Source of the DNA: an uncultured Gemmatimonadaceae bacterium | Lineage (GTDB): Bacteria > Gemmatimonadota > Gemmatimonadetes > Gemmatimonadales > Gemmatimonadaceae | DNA: 64,000 bases | NCBI GenBank assembly: GCA_963751275.1 | Contig: CAVVTZ010000011.1 | Location: 96,001 to 160,000 of the forward strand | Reading direction: 5' to 3' | In this document: piece after piece, positions 32,147 to 47,349 of the stretch | How positions within the stretch are numbered: position 1 is the first letter of the stretch | Layout of the letters: every line of letters begins with the position of its first letter | Notes under the pieces: generated by a model | Told to the model about the DNA's origin: nothing | The model's input: only the letters and a program-made list of their open reading frames with translations | Databases searched by the model: none | Position numbers and translations under genes: made by a program

Positions 32147-32499
32147 GGGGGCGACTGGCTTCGACGGGGTAGGTGAGGCTGTGGTTGCGTGCCCAGGTTC
32201 TCGGGTCCTGGTAAAACCCTCGGGAAACGCTACAACTGCCAACTCTAACTTGGCCCTGGCTGCGTAACTTCGGTTACCGCACCTGCCCATAGGGAAGCCC
32301 TCCTGAGGCGGCTTTATGGGTATCGAAAATTCGGGATAGCCGGGCGGTGCGTCTTCCGCGGTCCGGCGAAACTCTAGAAGACTTGTCCAGACGTCGGCGG
32401 CTCATCGGCCAGCGGCTGGAGACCTTAACTGGTGAGCTACGCACGTAGACGCTGTGGCGGATCTTGTCTCGGACCGGGGTTCGATTCCCCGCGCCTCCA
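32147..32499 (+). ncRNA. ssrA: tmRNA; tag peptide (A)ANSNLALAA* at 32238-32267; CCA not encoded
   Basis: 5' GGGGGCGACTGGCTTCGAC; 3' T-arm CGGGGTTCGATTCCCCG and acceptor strand CGCCTCCA; tag ORF ending ALAA-stop. Confidence 0.97.
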
Positions 32500-32560
32500 T
32501 GAAGCACGAAGGGCCGTTCGCGTGATCCGCGAACGGCCCTTCGTGCTTCATGGAGGCGCG
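32490..32560. repeat. Perfect 33-bp inverted repeat overlapping the tmRNA 3' end (terminator/processing hairpin)
   Basis: 32490-32522 is the exact reverse complement of 32528-32560, 5-nt loop. Confidence 0.9.
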
Positions 32561-32570
32561 AACGGCAACT

Positions 32571-32657
32571 GCTTTGACAGGATGAACATGATGGACATGA
32601 TCACAACGAACGGCGGTTGTAGTACATCATGACCATCATGTTCATCCTGTCAAATGC
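32571..32657. repeat. Inverted repeat of 9-nt-periodic units (family A, copy 2)
   Basis: gctttgacaggatgaacatgatggacatgat (32571-32601) / atcatgaccatcatgttcatcctgtcaaatgc (32626-32657). Confidence 0.8.
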
Positions 32658-32692
32658 TTGTCAGTCTCTGATTCGCGCGATACGCTCCGTGC

Positions 32693-33699
32693 ATGCGCGA
32701 TGAGTCACACGACCCCGGGGCGGAGGCCGCCGGCGAGCGAGGCGTCGAGGCCGGATCCGCCGCGGAGCCGCTGACGATCGGCAAGGCTGGCGTCCGCTTT
32801 GGGACGAGTTCATGGACCGATCCCACGCTGCTCGCCGAGGGGGTCTTCTATCCTCCCGAGGCGCACACGCCAGAGACCCGGCTGCGCTACTACGCGTCGC
32901 GGTTCAGCGTGGTAGAGGTCGATTCGAGCTACTACGCGTTGCCGTCGCGACGCAATGCCGAGATCTGGGTCGAGCGCACGCCGGCGCACTTCGTGTTCGA
33001 CATCAAGGCGCACGCGCTCATGACCGGCCAGCCGAGCGAGGTCAGCCGGCTGCCCGCCGATCTCAAGAAGGCCCTGCCCAAGGCCGTGGCCGAGAAGGCG
33101 CGTGTCTACGCGAAGGATCTCGAGCCCGAGCTGCGCAAGGAGATCTGGCAGCGCTTTCGCGAGGCGGTGGAACCGCTGCACGCGGCGGGGAAGCTCGGCG
33201 CGGTGATGCTCCAGTACCCTCGCTGGTTCACGCCGAACGAGAGAGCGCGCGCGGAGCTGGCCGAGGCCGCCGAGCGGCTGGACGGTCTTCCGTGCGCGGT
33301 GGAGTTCCGGAGCGCGCTCTGGTTCGAGGGGACAGCGGCCGCATCGACGCTGCGCCTGCTCGAGGACAACGGGCTGAGCTTCGTGATGGTGGACGAGCCG
33401 CAAGGGATGAAGTCGAGCGTGCCGCCCGATCGTGGCGGTGACCGCGAGGCGCCTGGCCGTGATCCGGATGCACGGCCGCCGCGCCGACGCGTGGGAGCAG
33501 CAGGGGATCCCCGTGGTCGAGCGCTTCCGCTACCTCTACAGCGAGAACAGAACTCGCCGAGTGGGGGCCGCGCATCCTCGCCGTGGCGGAGAAGGCCGAG
33601 CACGTCCACGTGCTCATGAACAACTGCTACGCGAACTACGGCACCACGAACGCCGCTGAGCTCGCGGCGCTAGTGCGGAGGGCGTATGCGACGGGATGA
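32693..33699 (+). CDS. DUF72 (YecE/UPF0759) family protein; frameshifts near 33430 and 33550
   Basis: FGTSSW, RLRYYASRFSVVEVDSSYY, FDIKAH, AVEFR, VDEPQ, RMHGR, MNNC. Confidence 0.9.
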
Positions 33700-34188
33700 C
33701 GCTGCGGTGGTGAGTGCGTGGTGTCTCGTGGCGATTTCGTTGCTCGCGAGCTGCCGCCCCGCGATCCCTTGGGGCTGGAAGGCGCACATCGTCTCGGATT
33801 CTCTCGTCGTCTGGCTCCCGCCGAGCTACTGGACGCTTCCGCCGGAAGGCGATGCTCCGCAATTCGCCGACAGCAGCCACTCGACGTATCTGCAGCGCGT
33901 GCCGGCGAAGCAACTCTATGAACCGTGGCTGATCAACCGTGCCACGCGGGAAGGTCTGCTGACCGTACAAGAGCGGAGGACGGACACGGTCACCGTCGAC
34001 GGCCGGCAGCTGTTCGTGGAACGTGCGATCGGCAGTGGTCTCGTGGGTCGCCCTGCGCCCGAGCGATTGATCGCCGTGCACATCCCGTTGGATGCGCAGA
34101 GCGGGGCGGTGCTCTTCTCGGCCTACGACGGCGATGCCGACCGCACGCTCATCGCGATCGCCGCGACGGTGAAGCTACGGGAGATGCC

Positions 34189-34192
<4 letters not shown>
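33686..34192 (+). CDS. Hypothetical lipoprotein
   Basis: Hydrophobic N-terminus ending LLASC; fills the gap between DUF72 and ppdK. Confidence 0.6.
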
Positions 34193-36877
<2,685 letters not shown>

Positions 36878-36887
36878 CGGCGGAATA

Positions 36888-38274
36888 TCAGTTGCAGCCG
36901 AGGCGCAGCTTGTCGGGGTCCGACGGGGGGCGGCGTCGGGTAGTCCCCGGAGAAGCAGGCGTGGCAGAAGCCCTCGGGGCCGCCGGGCGCCGAGCGGAGC
37001 ATCCCGTCGAGGGAGAGGTAGCCGAGCGAGTCCACGCCGATGTGCTTGGCGATCTGCGCCACGGAATTGTTCGCGGCGATGAGTTCCTCGCGCGTCGGCG
37101 TGTCGATGCCGTAGTAGCACGGGCCCGTGACCGGCGGCGACGCGATCCGCATGTGCACCTCGCGCGCGCCGGCCGCGCGCACCAGCGCGACGAGGCCGCG
37201 CGTGGTGGTGCCGCGCACGATCGAGTCGTCGATCATCACGACGCTCTTCGCCCTCGAGCACCTCGCGCACGGCGTTGTACTTGATCTTCACCTTGCTGTC
37301 GCGGCCGGCCTGCGACGGGTTGATGAACGTGCGGCCCACGTAGTGATTGCGGATGAGCGCGAGCTCGAGCGGCAGGCCGGTCTCTTCCGCGTATCCGAGG
37401 GCGGCCGCGTTGGCGGAGTCGGGGACGCCGAACACCAGGTCGGCGCCGGGCGCGGGACATTCCTTGCCGAGCTGGTGGCCGAGCGCACGGCGCGCGCGGT
37501 CCACCGAGCCGCCGCCGAAGATCCGGCTGTCGGGACGCGCGAAGTAGACGTACTCGAACACGCACTTCTTCGCAGTCACGCGCTGGGCGAAGCGGAGCGA
37601 CCGCGTGCCGGCGCCGTCGACCACCACGATCTCGCCCGGCTCGACCTCGCGCACGTGCGTCGCGCCCACGATGTCGAGCGCGCAGGTCTCGGAGGCGAAC
37701 ACCGTCTGGCCGTTGAGACTTGCCGATCACGAGCGGGCGCCAGCCGCGCGGATCGCGCGCCGCGATCAGCGCGTCGCCCATCGCGATCACCAGCGAGTAG
37801 GCGCCTTCCACGCCGTTGAGCGCATCCGCCAGCTGCTCCTCGGGCAGCTCGCGGCGCGAGCGCGCGATGCGGTGCACGAGGACCTCCGAGTCCATCGTCG
37901 AGGAGAAGATCGAGCCCGATTCCTCCAGCTCGCGGCGCAGCTCGGCGGCGTTCACGAGGTTGCCGTTGTGCGCGAGCGCAATGTAGCCGTCGCGGAAGCG
38001 CACGAGCACCGGCTGCGCGTTCTCGAGCGACGACGAGCCGGCGGTGCTGTAGCGCGTGTGCCCGATCGCGAGCGAGCCGGGCAGCTCGGCGAGCTTGTCG
38101 GGGCTGAAGCCCTCCGACACGAGGCCCATGCGGCGCAGCGCGTGCGTGCGCGCCGTCGTCGCTCACCGAGACGATGCCGGCCGATTCCTGGCCGCGGTGC
38201 TGCAGCGAGTACAACCCGAGGTGCACGAGCGTGCTCGCGTCGGGCGCGCCGCGGACGCCGAAGACGCCACACAT
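36888..38274 (-). CDS. purF: Amidophosphoribosyltransferase; several indels
   Basis: [50 protein letters not shown]. Confidence 0.96.
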
Positions 38275-38276
38275 CG

Positions 38277-40588
38277 CTAGACCTCCACCGCGCTGGCGTG
38301 CATGTCGGTCGCGGGCGCCGGCAGGACGGCGCCCATGATGTTCGGGATCGCGTCGTGGAAGGCGCGGGCGAGCCGGTCGAGCGGCGCCGCGATGCGGCGG
38401 TCGCCCACGCGGATCTCGAGCGCCGGCGCGGACGCGCGCACCGTGCCGATGCGCCGCGCCGGCACGCCGTGCTTCGCCGCGATCGCCAGCACCTGCTCCG
38501 GTGCGGCCGTGCCCACGATGATCCGCGCCTGCGCCTCGCCGAAGAGCAGCGCGCGCAGCGGCAGCGCGCTCCACGCCGAGAGGTCCACGTCGGCGCCCGT
38601 GCGCGACTCCTCGCCGCCAATGCAGCACTCGGCGAGCGCGACCGCAAGGCCGCCATCGGAACAGTCGTGCGCGTAGTGCACGTGACCGGCGGCGATCGCC
38701 TCGAGCAGCGCGTCGATCGTCGCCCGCTCGCGCGCGAGGTCGCAGGCCGGCGGCGCGCCGGCGGTCACGCCGTGCACGCGCGACAGGTACTCGCTGGCCC
38801 CGATCTCGCTGGTCGGCTCGCCGAGCAGGATGATCGCGTCGCCGTCGGCGTGGAACGCCGAGCGCGTGATGTGCTCGAGTCTCTCGATCACGCCCACCAT
38901 GCCGATCACCGGGGTGGGGAACACCGCGCCGCTCGGGCTCTCGTTGTAGAAGCTGACGTTGCCGCCGGTGACCGGCGTGTCGAGCGCGCGGCACGCGTCG
39001 GCCATGCCGCCGCACCGCCTCGCGGAACTGGAAGAAGATCTCCGGCCGCGTCGGGTTCCCGAAGTTGAGGCAGTTGGTGATCGCGCGCGGGCGTGCGCCG
39101 GCGCAGGCCACGTTGCGCGCGGCCTCGGCCACCGCGATCCGGCCGCCCACGCGCGGGTCGAGATAGACGTAGCGGCCGTTGCAGTCGGTCTTGAGCGCGA
39201 GCGCCTTGGTGGTGCCGCGCACGCGGATCACCGCCGCGTCGCCGCCGCCGGGCCGCACCACCGTGGTCGTGCGCACCGTCGTGTCGTACTGGCGCGTGAC
39301 CCAGCTCTTGCTCGCGATCGTCGGCGAGGCGAGCAGGCGCTCCAGCGTCCACACCGGATCCTTCTCCTCGGCGCGCTCGGGGATCTCGTGCACCTTCCGC
39401 GCGCGGCAGCGCGATCGTGGCCGCGCTCTCCTTCGCGTCCGGCGTGTACACCGGGCAATCGGTGACCAGTCGCGAGCCGGGGAACTCGGCGACCACGCGG
39501 TCGCCTTCGGTCACGCGGTACACCGGCTCCGCGATCACCTCGCCGATCACCTCGGCGGCGAGGTCCCACTTCGCGAGGATGTCGCGCACCTGCTGCTCGC
39601 GGCCGCGCGTCGCCACGACCAGCATGCGCTCCTGCGACTCGCTGAGCAGGATCTCGTACGGCGTCATCCCGCGTCTCGCGCACCGGCACCTTGGTGACAT
39701 CGATCGTGACGCCGACGTCGCCGCGCGCCGCCATCTCGGCGGAGCTCGACGTGAGACCGGCCGCGCCCATGTCCTGGATGGCGACGATGTGCCCGCTCTG
39801 ATCAGCTCGAGGCTCGCCTCGAGCAGCAGCTTCTCGGTGAACGGATCGCCGACCTGCACGCGCGGCCGCTTCGCGTCGCTCGACGCCGAGAGGTCCTCCG
39901 ACGCGAACGACGCGCCGTGGATCCCGTCGCGCCCGGTGCGCGCGCCCACGGCGATCACCGGATTGCCGACGCCTTCGGCCTTGGCGCGAATGAGATCCTT
40001 CTCGTGCAGCAGCCCCACGCACATCGCGTTCACGAGCGGATTCCCTTCGTACGCCGGGTCGAACATGATCTCGCCCGCCACCGTCGGGATGCCCACGCAG
40101 TTGCCGTAGTCGCCGATCCCGCTCACGACGCCGGCGAACAGGTAGCGCACGCGCGGCGAATCGAGCGAGCCGAAGCGCAGGGAATCGAGCATCGCGATGG
40201 GGCGCGCGCCCATCGTGAAGACATCGCGCAGGATGCCGCCGACGCCCGTGGCGGCGCCCTGGTACGGCTCGACCGCCGACGGGTGATTGTGCGACTCGAT
40301 CTTGAAGGCGACGGCCAGGCCGTCGCCGATCGCGATCACGCCGGCGTTCTCGCCCGGGCCCTGCAGCACCCACGGCGCCTGCGTCGGCAGCGTCTTGAGC
40401 ACCGGCCGCGAGTGCTTGTACGAACAGTGTTCGCTCCAGAGCGCGCTGACGATGCCCAGCTCGGTGAACGTCGGCTCGCGGCCGAGCATCGCGACCAACC
40501 GCTCGAATTCCTCAGGCGTCAGCCCGTGCTCGGCCACGAGGGCCGGCGTGATCGCCGGATCGCCGGGTCGGGGGCGGACTGTCGCCAT
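38277..40588 (-). CDS. purL: Phosphoribosylformylglycinamidine synthase subunit PurL; several indels
   Basis: [56 protein letters not shown]. Confidence 0.96.
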
Positions 40589-40591
40589 CGA

Positions 40592-41122
40592 TTACGCGGC
40601 CGGCGGCTTGGCCGCGGTGTCGGCGGTGGCCGGCGGCTTGACGCCGCTCGTGTCCTTCTTCGGCATGGAATCGGCGGGCGGTGGCGGCGGCGCGGGCGCG
40701 GGCTTCGGCGCGGGCATCACTTCCGCCTTGCCGGCGTTCGGCGGCGGCGGGGGCGTCACGTTCATCGCGCCGCCATGCTTCTCCTTTCCGGTCTTGATGG
40801 CCTCGGCGGCGGTGATCTGCGTGGGCGAGCTGCTCTCGCCGGTGTACTTCCGGTTCGGATCGCGGAAGATGGCGTCCACGACCTTGTCGTGCACGAGGAT
40901 CACGACGTCGTTCATGCCGCAGGTCTTCTCGCAGCCGTTCCGGTAGTACATGTACAGGGTCGTGTCCGCGGTCTTCAGCGACTGCGGCTGGCCCAGGTGT
41001 TCGATCACCTGGGTCTTGCTCATGCCGGGATCGATGATGTTGTCCTTCGTCTGCGCACCGGCGCGCGGCGCGAGGGAAGCGGCGAGGACAACGAGAGCGG
41101 CGAGTACGAGCGGGCGGCGCAT
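40592..41122 (-). CDS. Hypothetical exported protein (SmpA/BamE-like core, Pro/Ala-rich tail)
   Basis: SD gaggtg; signal peptide; IDPGMSKTQVIEHLGQP; CEKTC. Confidence 0.75.
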   Translation of the reverse strand: MRRPLVLAALVVLAASLAPRAGAQTKDNIIDPGMSKTQVIEHLGQPQSLKTADTTLYMYYRNGCEKTCGMNDVVILVHDKVVDAIFRDPNRKYTGESSSPTQITAAEAIKTGKEKHGGAMNVTPPPPPNAGKAEVMPAPKPAPAPPPPPADSMPKKDTSGVKPPATADTAAKPPAA

Positions 41123-41136
41123 AGACACCTCGGTGG

Positions 41137-41825
<689 letters not shown>

Positions 41826-41829
<4 letters not shown>

Positions 41830-42083
41830 AGCGCGCGCACCCCCGCGAGTTCGAAGTCCTCGGTGACCGGATTCGCCAGCAAGCGTTCGCACATCTCCTT
41901 CACGTTCTGCTCGGCGGCCTTCTGGTCGCCGGCGTCGACATCCAAAATTATGTGGCGGCCCACGCGCGCGTCGGCCACGCCCCGGAAGCCGAGCGTGTGC
42001 AGCGCATCGGCGACCGCCTTGCCCTGCGGATCGAGGATCCCCGGGCGCGGCACGATGTGCACGGAAACGCGGAAGCGGCTCAT
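41826..42083 (-). CDS. purS: FGAM synthase subunit PurS
   Basis: [19 protein letters not shown]. Confidence 0.96.
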
Positions 42084-42985
42084 GGACCGGTCTCCGGCGG
42101 GGTATGGAACGGGTTCATCGCTTCCCGCACGCGGCCGAAGCGCCGGCGCCCTTTGCCGCCCGGCCGCTCGGCGAGCGCGGTGGGACGCATCTCGACATCC
42201 TCGCCCTCTTCATCGTCCTCGATGTCGTTGAGTGGATCGCGGCCCGGCATGCTCTCCACGAAGCCGAGCACGATCGTCTTCGCGAGGCCGTAGCTGACGT
42301 ACACCATCATGGCGGGGAACGCGTACTGCCGGGGGTGGATCGCGACGAGCGCGAGGATCCCGACGACGAATATCGACGCGATGATGCTCTTGATGCTGCG
42401 CAGGCTCACCACCGGGAGGGCGGGATAGAGCACGTGGCTGATCATCAGGAAGCTGAGCACCGCCATGAGCCCCGGGATGACGCTGTGCCAGGGCCAGGTC
42501 TCGACCACGGTGTTCGTATACAGCGGCGTCTGGCTGAACCAGTAGTACGTCGCGAGCGTCATGCCCGCGGCCGGACTCGGCAGCCCGTGGAAGTGCGTCT
42601 TCGCGCGGCCGCCTTGCTCGATGTTGAAGCGCGCGAGGCGCATCACCACGCAGGCGATGTAGATGAAGCAGAAGAGCCACGCCCAGCCTTCCTGGTTCAG
42701 CACCGCGAAATACATGATGAACGCCGGCGCGACACCGAAACTCACGGCATCGACGAGCGAATCGAGCTCGACGCCGAAGCGGCTCACCGTGCGGGTCATG
42801 CGCGCGACGCGGCCGTCGAGCGCGTCCATCAGGCCGCTCAGCACGATGCACCAGCCGGACCAGTCGAAATGCCCGCGGTAGGCCGACACGATCGCAAACA
42901 CGCCGAAGAACAGATTGCCGAGCGTGAAGCCGTTCGGCAGGAGCACGATGGCGCGCCGCATGTTGGGGCGGGGGGGCTCGTTCAT
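42080..42985 (-). CDS. pssA: CDP-diacylglycerol--serine O-phosphatidyltransferase
   Basis: [48 protein letters not shown]. Confidence 0.93.
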   Translation of the reverse strand: MNEPPRPNMRRAIVLLPNGFTLGNLFFGVFAIVSAYRGHFDWSGWCIVLSGLMDALDGRVARMTRTVSRFGVELDSLVDAVSFGVAPAFIMYFAVLNQEGWAWLFCFIYIACVVMRLARFNIEQGGRAKTHFHGLPSPAAGMTLATYYWFSQTPLYTNTVVETWPWHSVIPGLMAVLSFLMISHVLYPALPVVSLRSIKSIIASIFVVGILALVAIHPRQYAFPAMMVYVSYGLAKTIVLGFVESMPGRDPLNDIEDDEEGEDVEMRPTALAERPGGKGRRRFGRVREAMNPFHTPPETGP

Positions 42986-42986
42986 C

Positions 42987-43635
42987 TCACTTGAGCTCCG
43001 CCAGCACCGTGGTGCCGGCCACCGGGAGATCGCCCACCTTCACCTGCACGCTCGCGTTCTCGGGCACGTATACGTCGACGCGCGAGCCGAACCGGATGAG
43101 GCCGAGCCGGTCGCCCTGCACGACCGTGTCGTTCATCTTCGGATACGTGATGATCCGGCGCGCGATGAGACCGGCGATCTGCCGCACGAGCACGCGGCGG
43201 CCGCCGTCCTGCGATGCCGATCGAGCTCTGCTCGTTCTCGATGCTCGCGCGCTCGGCGTGTGCGTCGAGGAACTTGCCGGGCACATAGCGCAGGTACCCG
43301 ACGCGGCCGCCGATCGGGTACCGGTTCACGTGCACGTTGAAGATGTTCATGAAGATCGATATCCGCGTCGCGCGGCCGCCGAGGAATTCGGGCTCATCCA
43401 CCGTGGTGATCATCACCACGCGGCCGTCCGCCGGCGCGACCACGACCTGCGCGCCGCGCTCGCCCGTGCGCTCGGGGTCGCGGAAGAAGTACGCGACCCA
43501 CAACGCCACCACCGACACGAGCACGAACGCCAGCCACAGCGGCCAGGAACGCGCGAGCAATGCGGCCACGAGCAGCACGCCGGCAGCGCCCGCCGAAGCC
43601 AGGATGTACGGCATGCCTTCTCGCGCGAAGTTCAC
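42987..43635 (-). CDS. psd: Phosphatidylserine decarboxylase proenzyme; frameshift near 43215
   Basis: [43 protein letters not shown]. Confidence 0.93.
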
Positions 43636-44558
43636 GAAAGCTCCGGGATCACGAGGGCGGTGCCGGTGATGCGGCGGTACGCATCGACGTAGCGCTCGCT
43701 CGTCGCGCGCACGACCTCCGCCGGCAGCGGCGGCGGCGGGGCGTCACCGTTCCAGCGTCCAGCGCGGCGTTCACCGTCCAGATAGTCGCGCAGCGGCTGC
43801 TTGTCGAAGCTCGGCTGCGTGCCGCCGGGCTTATAGGCATCCGCCGCCCAGAAGCGCGAGCTGTCCGGCGTCATGACCTCATCGATCAGGAGGATGCGTC
43901 CGTCCGGCGCCCGTCCGAACTCGAATTTCGTGTCCGCGATGATGATCCCCCGCGTCGCCGCGAGCGCCCGCCCGCGTTCGTAGATGAGCCGTGAGAGCCG
44001 CTCCAGCTCCGCCGTGTCCTTCGCGCCGATCACCTCGGCCATGCGCGAGATGGTGATGTTCTCGTCGTGCCCTTCTTCCGCCTTCGTCGCCGGACTGAAC
44101 ACCGGCGGGTCGAGGCGGTCGCTCTCCTTCATGCCCGCCGCCAGCCGCTCGCCGGCCAGGGTGCCGCTCGCCTTGTATTCCTTCCATGCCGAGCCCGAAA
44201 TATAACCCCGAACCACGCATTCGATGGGGAATACGGTGGTGCGCCGGCAGAGCATCGCGCGGCCCGCCAGCTGGGTCTCCTGGCCCTTCAACGCGGGCAC
44301 GGCCTTCACGATGCTGGCCGCGTCCGCGGCCAGCACGTGATGCGCGACCACGCCCTCGAGCTGGCGGCACCACCACGCACTCATCTGCGTGAGCACGGCG
44401 CCCTTCCGCGGCACGGCTTCCCGCATCACGACGTCGAAGGCGCTCACGCGATCGGTGGCCACCAGCAGCAGCCGCTCGGCGTCCACCGCGTAGATGTCGC
44501 GGACCTTGCCGCGGCCGATCCGTTGGAGGGGAAGATCGCTTTCCGTCATGAGCGTCAT
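43632..44558 (-). CDS. purC: SAICAR synthase
   Basis: [47 protein letters not shown]. Confidence 0.97.
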   Translation of the reverse strand: MTLMTESDLPLQRIGRGKVRDIYAVDAERLLLVATDRVSAFDVVMREAVPRKGAVLTQMSAWWCRQLEGVVAHHVLAADAASIVKAVPALKGQETQLAGRAMLCRRTTVFPIECVVRGYISGSAWKEYKASGTLAGERLAAGMKESDRLDPPVFSPATKAEEGHDENITISRMAEVIGAKDTAELERLSRLIYERGRALAATRGIIIADTKFEFGRAPDGRILLIDEVMTPDSSRFWAADAYKPGGTQPSFDKQPLRDYLDGERRAGRWNGDAPPPPLPAEVVRATSERYVDAYRRITGTALVIPELS

Positions 44559-45991
44559 ACGCGCAGACTCTCCGGGGCGGTGGTGGCGGGGGAGGCGTTC
44601 AGGATGGGATCGACGATCTCGGTCAGGAACTCGTCCACCTGGGCCGCCGAACGGCCGGTGAACTTCGGGGCGTCGAGGAGGGCGCGCATGTCGGCGAGGC
44701 TGACGCCGAATGCGCCGTCGGCCGCGAGGCGCTCGAGCAGGTCGTTCTGCGCGCCGCCGTCCTTCAGCGCGCGCGCCGCTTCGATCGCGTGCTTGCGGAT
44801 CGTCTCGTGCGCCGCCTGGCGGTCGCCGCCGGCGCGCACGGCACGCACGAGCAGCAGCTCGGTGGACATGAACGGCAGTTCGCCGTCCACGCGCGAACGG
44901 ATGCGCGCGGGATGCACCTCGAGGCCGGCGGCGATGTTCTGATAGAGCACGAGCATCGCGTCGGCGGCGAGGAAGGACTCCGGGATCACGAGGCGCCGGT
45001 TCGCGCTGTCATCCAGCGTGCGCTCGAAGTACTGGACGCTGTGCGTCTGGTTCGCGTTGGGCTCGAGCGACATCACGAAGCGCGCGAGCGACGCGATGCG
45101 CTCGGCGCGCATCGGATTCCGCTTGTACGCCATGGCCGACGACCCGATCTGCTCCGCTTCGAACGGCTCCTCCATCTCGCCGAACGACTGCAGCAGCCGC
45201 ACGTCGCCGCTGAACTTGGATGCGCTGGCGGCGATGCCGGCGACGACGCCGAGCACCTGCGCGTCCAGCTTGCGCGAATACGTCTGGCCGGTGACCGGGA
45301 TCGCCGATGTGAATCCCATCTTCGCTACGACCAGCGCCTCAAGGCGCCGCACCTTCGCATGGTCGCCGCCGAAGAGCTCGAGGAAGCTCGCCTGCGTGCC
45401 GGTGGTCCCCTTCACGCCGCGCAGCGGCAGCGCGTCCAGGCGCGCGTCGAGGTCGGCCAGATCGAGCACGAGGTCCTGCATCCAGAGCGTCGCGCGTTTG
45501 CCCACCGTGGTGAGCTGCGCCGGCTGGAGGTGGGTGTAGCCGAGCGCCGGCTCCGCGCGCCACTGCTTGGCGAACGCCGCCAGCGCCCGCATCACGGCCA
45601 CGATCTTCACGCGCAACAGCTCGAGCCCCTCGCGCATGAGGATGAGGTCGGCGTTGTCGGTGACGTACGCGCTCGTGGCGCCGAGATGGATGAACGCGCG
45701 CGCCGCCGGCGCCGCTTCGCCGAACGCATGCACGTGCGCCATGACATCGTGGCGGAAGCGGCGCTCGAACTCGCCCGCGGCCGCGAAGTCGATGTCGTCC
45801 AGGTGGGCGCGCATCTGGGCGAGCCCCTCGTCGGTCACGGCCGCGACGCCGAGTTCGCGCTGCGCTTCCGCGAGCGCCAGCCACAGCCGGCGCCAGAGCG
45901 CGTGCCGCCGCTGCGGCGACCAGAGCGCGACCATCGCGCGCGATGCGTAGCGCTCGGAGAGCGGCGAAGCGTAGCGGTCGTGACCGGTCAT
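44555..45991 (-). CDS. purB: Adenylosuccinate lyase
   Basis: [41 protein letters not shown]. Confidence 0.97.
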   Translation of the reverse strand: MTGHDRYASPLSERYASRAMVALWSPQRRHALWRRLWLALAEAQRELGVAAVTDEGLAQMRAHLDDIDFAAAGEFERRFRHDVMAHVHAFGEAAPAARAFIHLGATSAYVTDNADLILMREGLELLRVKIVAVMRALAAFAKQWRAEPALGYTHLQPAQLTTVGKRATLWMQDLVLDLADLDARLDALPLRGVKGTTGTQASFLELFGGDHAKVRRLEALVVAKMGFTSAIPVTGQTYSRKLDAQVLGVVAGIAASASKFSGDVRLLQSFGEMEEPFEAEQIGSSAMAYKRNPMRAERIASLARFVMSLEPNANQTHSVQYFERTLDDSANRRLVIPESFLAADAMLVLYQNIAAGLEVHPARIRSRVDGELPFMSTELLLVRAVRAGGDRQAAHETIRKHAIEAARALKDGGAQNDLLERLAADGAFGVSLADMRALLDAPKFTGRSAAQVDEFLTEIVDPILNASPATTAPESLRV

Positions 45992-47349
45992 CGGACCATG
46001 AAGTCGGTGGAGTAGATGCGCCCGCCGCGCTCGAAGAACATCCGGATCACGCTGCTCGAGCCCGCGGCAAGCAGGGCCGCCTGCGCGTCGTTCGCATTCT
46101 CGATCGGCGTGCGATTGATCTGAACGATCACGTCGCCCTTCTCGAGGCCGAGCTCATCGGAAACGCGCGGACTCAAGTTGTAAATGAGCGCGCCCTTGGG
46201 ACTGCGCAATCCCTTCTCCGCGCGGATCTGCGGCGTGAGCGTCACGAGCTCGAGCTCCTTGAGCACGGAGACCTTCGGCGCGTTCTCCTCGGGGAGATCG
46301 GTGACCACGACGTTCAACGCGAGCTGGCGGTCGCCGCGCTTCACGGTGAGCACGAGCGGCTCGCCCACTCGCAGGTCGAGCAGCTCGGCCTCCCAGTCGA
46401 ACGCGGTGCGAATGGCGCGGTTGCGCGACTTCTCGAGAATATCGCCCTTCTGGATCCCCGCCTTGTCCGCCGGCGAGCCCGGGACGACGGAACTCACGAC
46501 CATCCCGGCACGCGGGCCGCCGCGAATGGAGGTCGCGGTCGCCACCGGGATCTCGAGCTTCAGTCCCACCCACGGACGCCGCACCACGCCATGCGCGAGC
46601 AGGTCCTCGGTCACGCGCTTCACGCGGTTGATCGGGATCGCGAAGCCGAGGCCCACCGACCCGCCACTGGGCGTGAAGATCGAACTGTTGACGCCGATCA
46701 CCTCCCCCAGCGCGTTCACCAACGGGCCGCCCGAATTGCCGGGATTCACCGCGGCGTCGGTCTGGATCATGTCCACGTAGATCGCCGCGCCCTCGCTGCG
46801 CGCGACGAGATTCCTTCCGGTGCCGCTGATGACGCCCGCGGTGACGCTCGGCTCCGAATTGCCGAGCAGGAAGCCGTAGGGGTTGCCGATGGCGATCGCC
46901 CACTCGCCGATGATCAGATCGTCGGAATTGCCGAGCGGCGCCACCGGGAGGTCGGTGGCGTCGATGCGCAGTACCGCGAGGTCGTTGATCTCGTCCTTCC
47001 CCACGAGCCGCGCGGGGTAGGTGGTGCCGTCGCGCAGCGCGACGGCGATCGACTGCGCGTCCTGCACGACGTGCGCGTTGGTGACGATGACGCCGTCCTT
47101 GCGCACGATGATGCCGCTGCCGATGCCGGGCACGACGCGCTCCCCGCGGCCGGCGAAGATGTCGAAGGGATTCGTGGACTTGTCGAGGATCTCGGTCTGC
47201 ACGGTGACGACGGCGGGCGCGACGCGGCTCACGGCGTCGGTGATCGCGGTGCGCCGCTGCGCATTGACGTCACGTTGCGCGCGGGCGGTCGCCGGCAGGG
47301 AGACGGCGATCGCGGTGGCGAGCAGGGCGGTCAGGTGAGTGATCGTCAT
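45988..47349 (-). CDS. HtrA/DegP-like serine protease with two PDZ domains
   Basis: Signal peptide; GSG, TNAHVV, DLAVL, TDAAVNPGNSGGPL; GSPADKAG. Confidence 0.93.
   Translation of the reverse strand: MTITHLTALLATAIAVSLPATARAQRDVNAQRRTAITDAVSRVAPAVVTVQTEILDKSTNPFDIFAGRGERVVPGIGSGIIVRKDGVIVTNAHVVQDAQSIAVALRDGTTYPARLVGKDEINDLAVLRIDATDLPVAPLGNSDDLIIGEWAIAIGNPYGFLLGNSEPSVTAGVISGTGRNLVARSEGAAIYVDMIQTDAAVNPGNSGGPLVNALGEVIGVNSSIFTPSGGSVGLGFAIPINRVKRVTEDLLAHGVVRRPWVGLKLEIPVATATSIRGGPRAGMVVSSVVPGSPADKAGIQKGDILEKSRNRAIRTAFDWEAELLDLRVGEPLVLTVKRGDRQLALNVVVTDLPEENAPKVSVLKELELVTLTPQIRAEKGLRSPKGALIYNLSPRVSDELGLEKGDVIVQINRTPIENANDAQAALLAAGSSSVIRMFFERGGRIYSTDFMVR

Noticed and set aside
32470..32499. tRNA gene suggested by the GGTTCGATTCC T-arm
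   Set aside because: It is the tRNA-like domain of tmRNA; no anticodon arm
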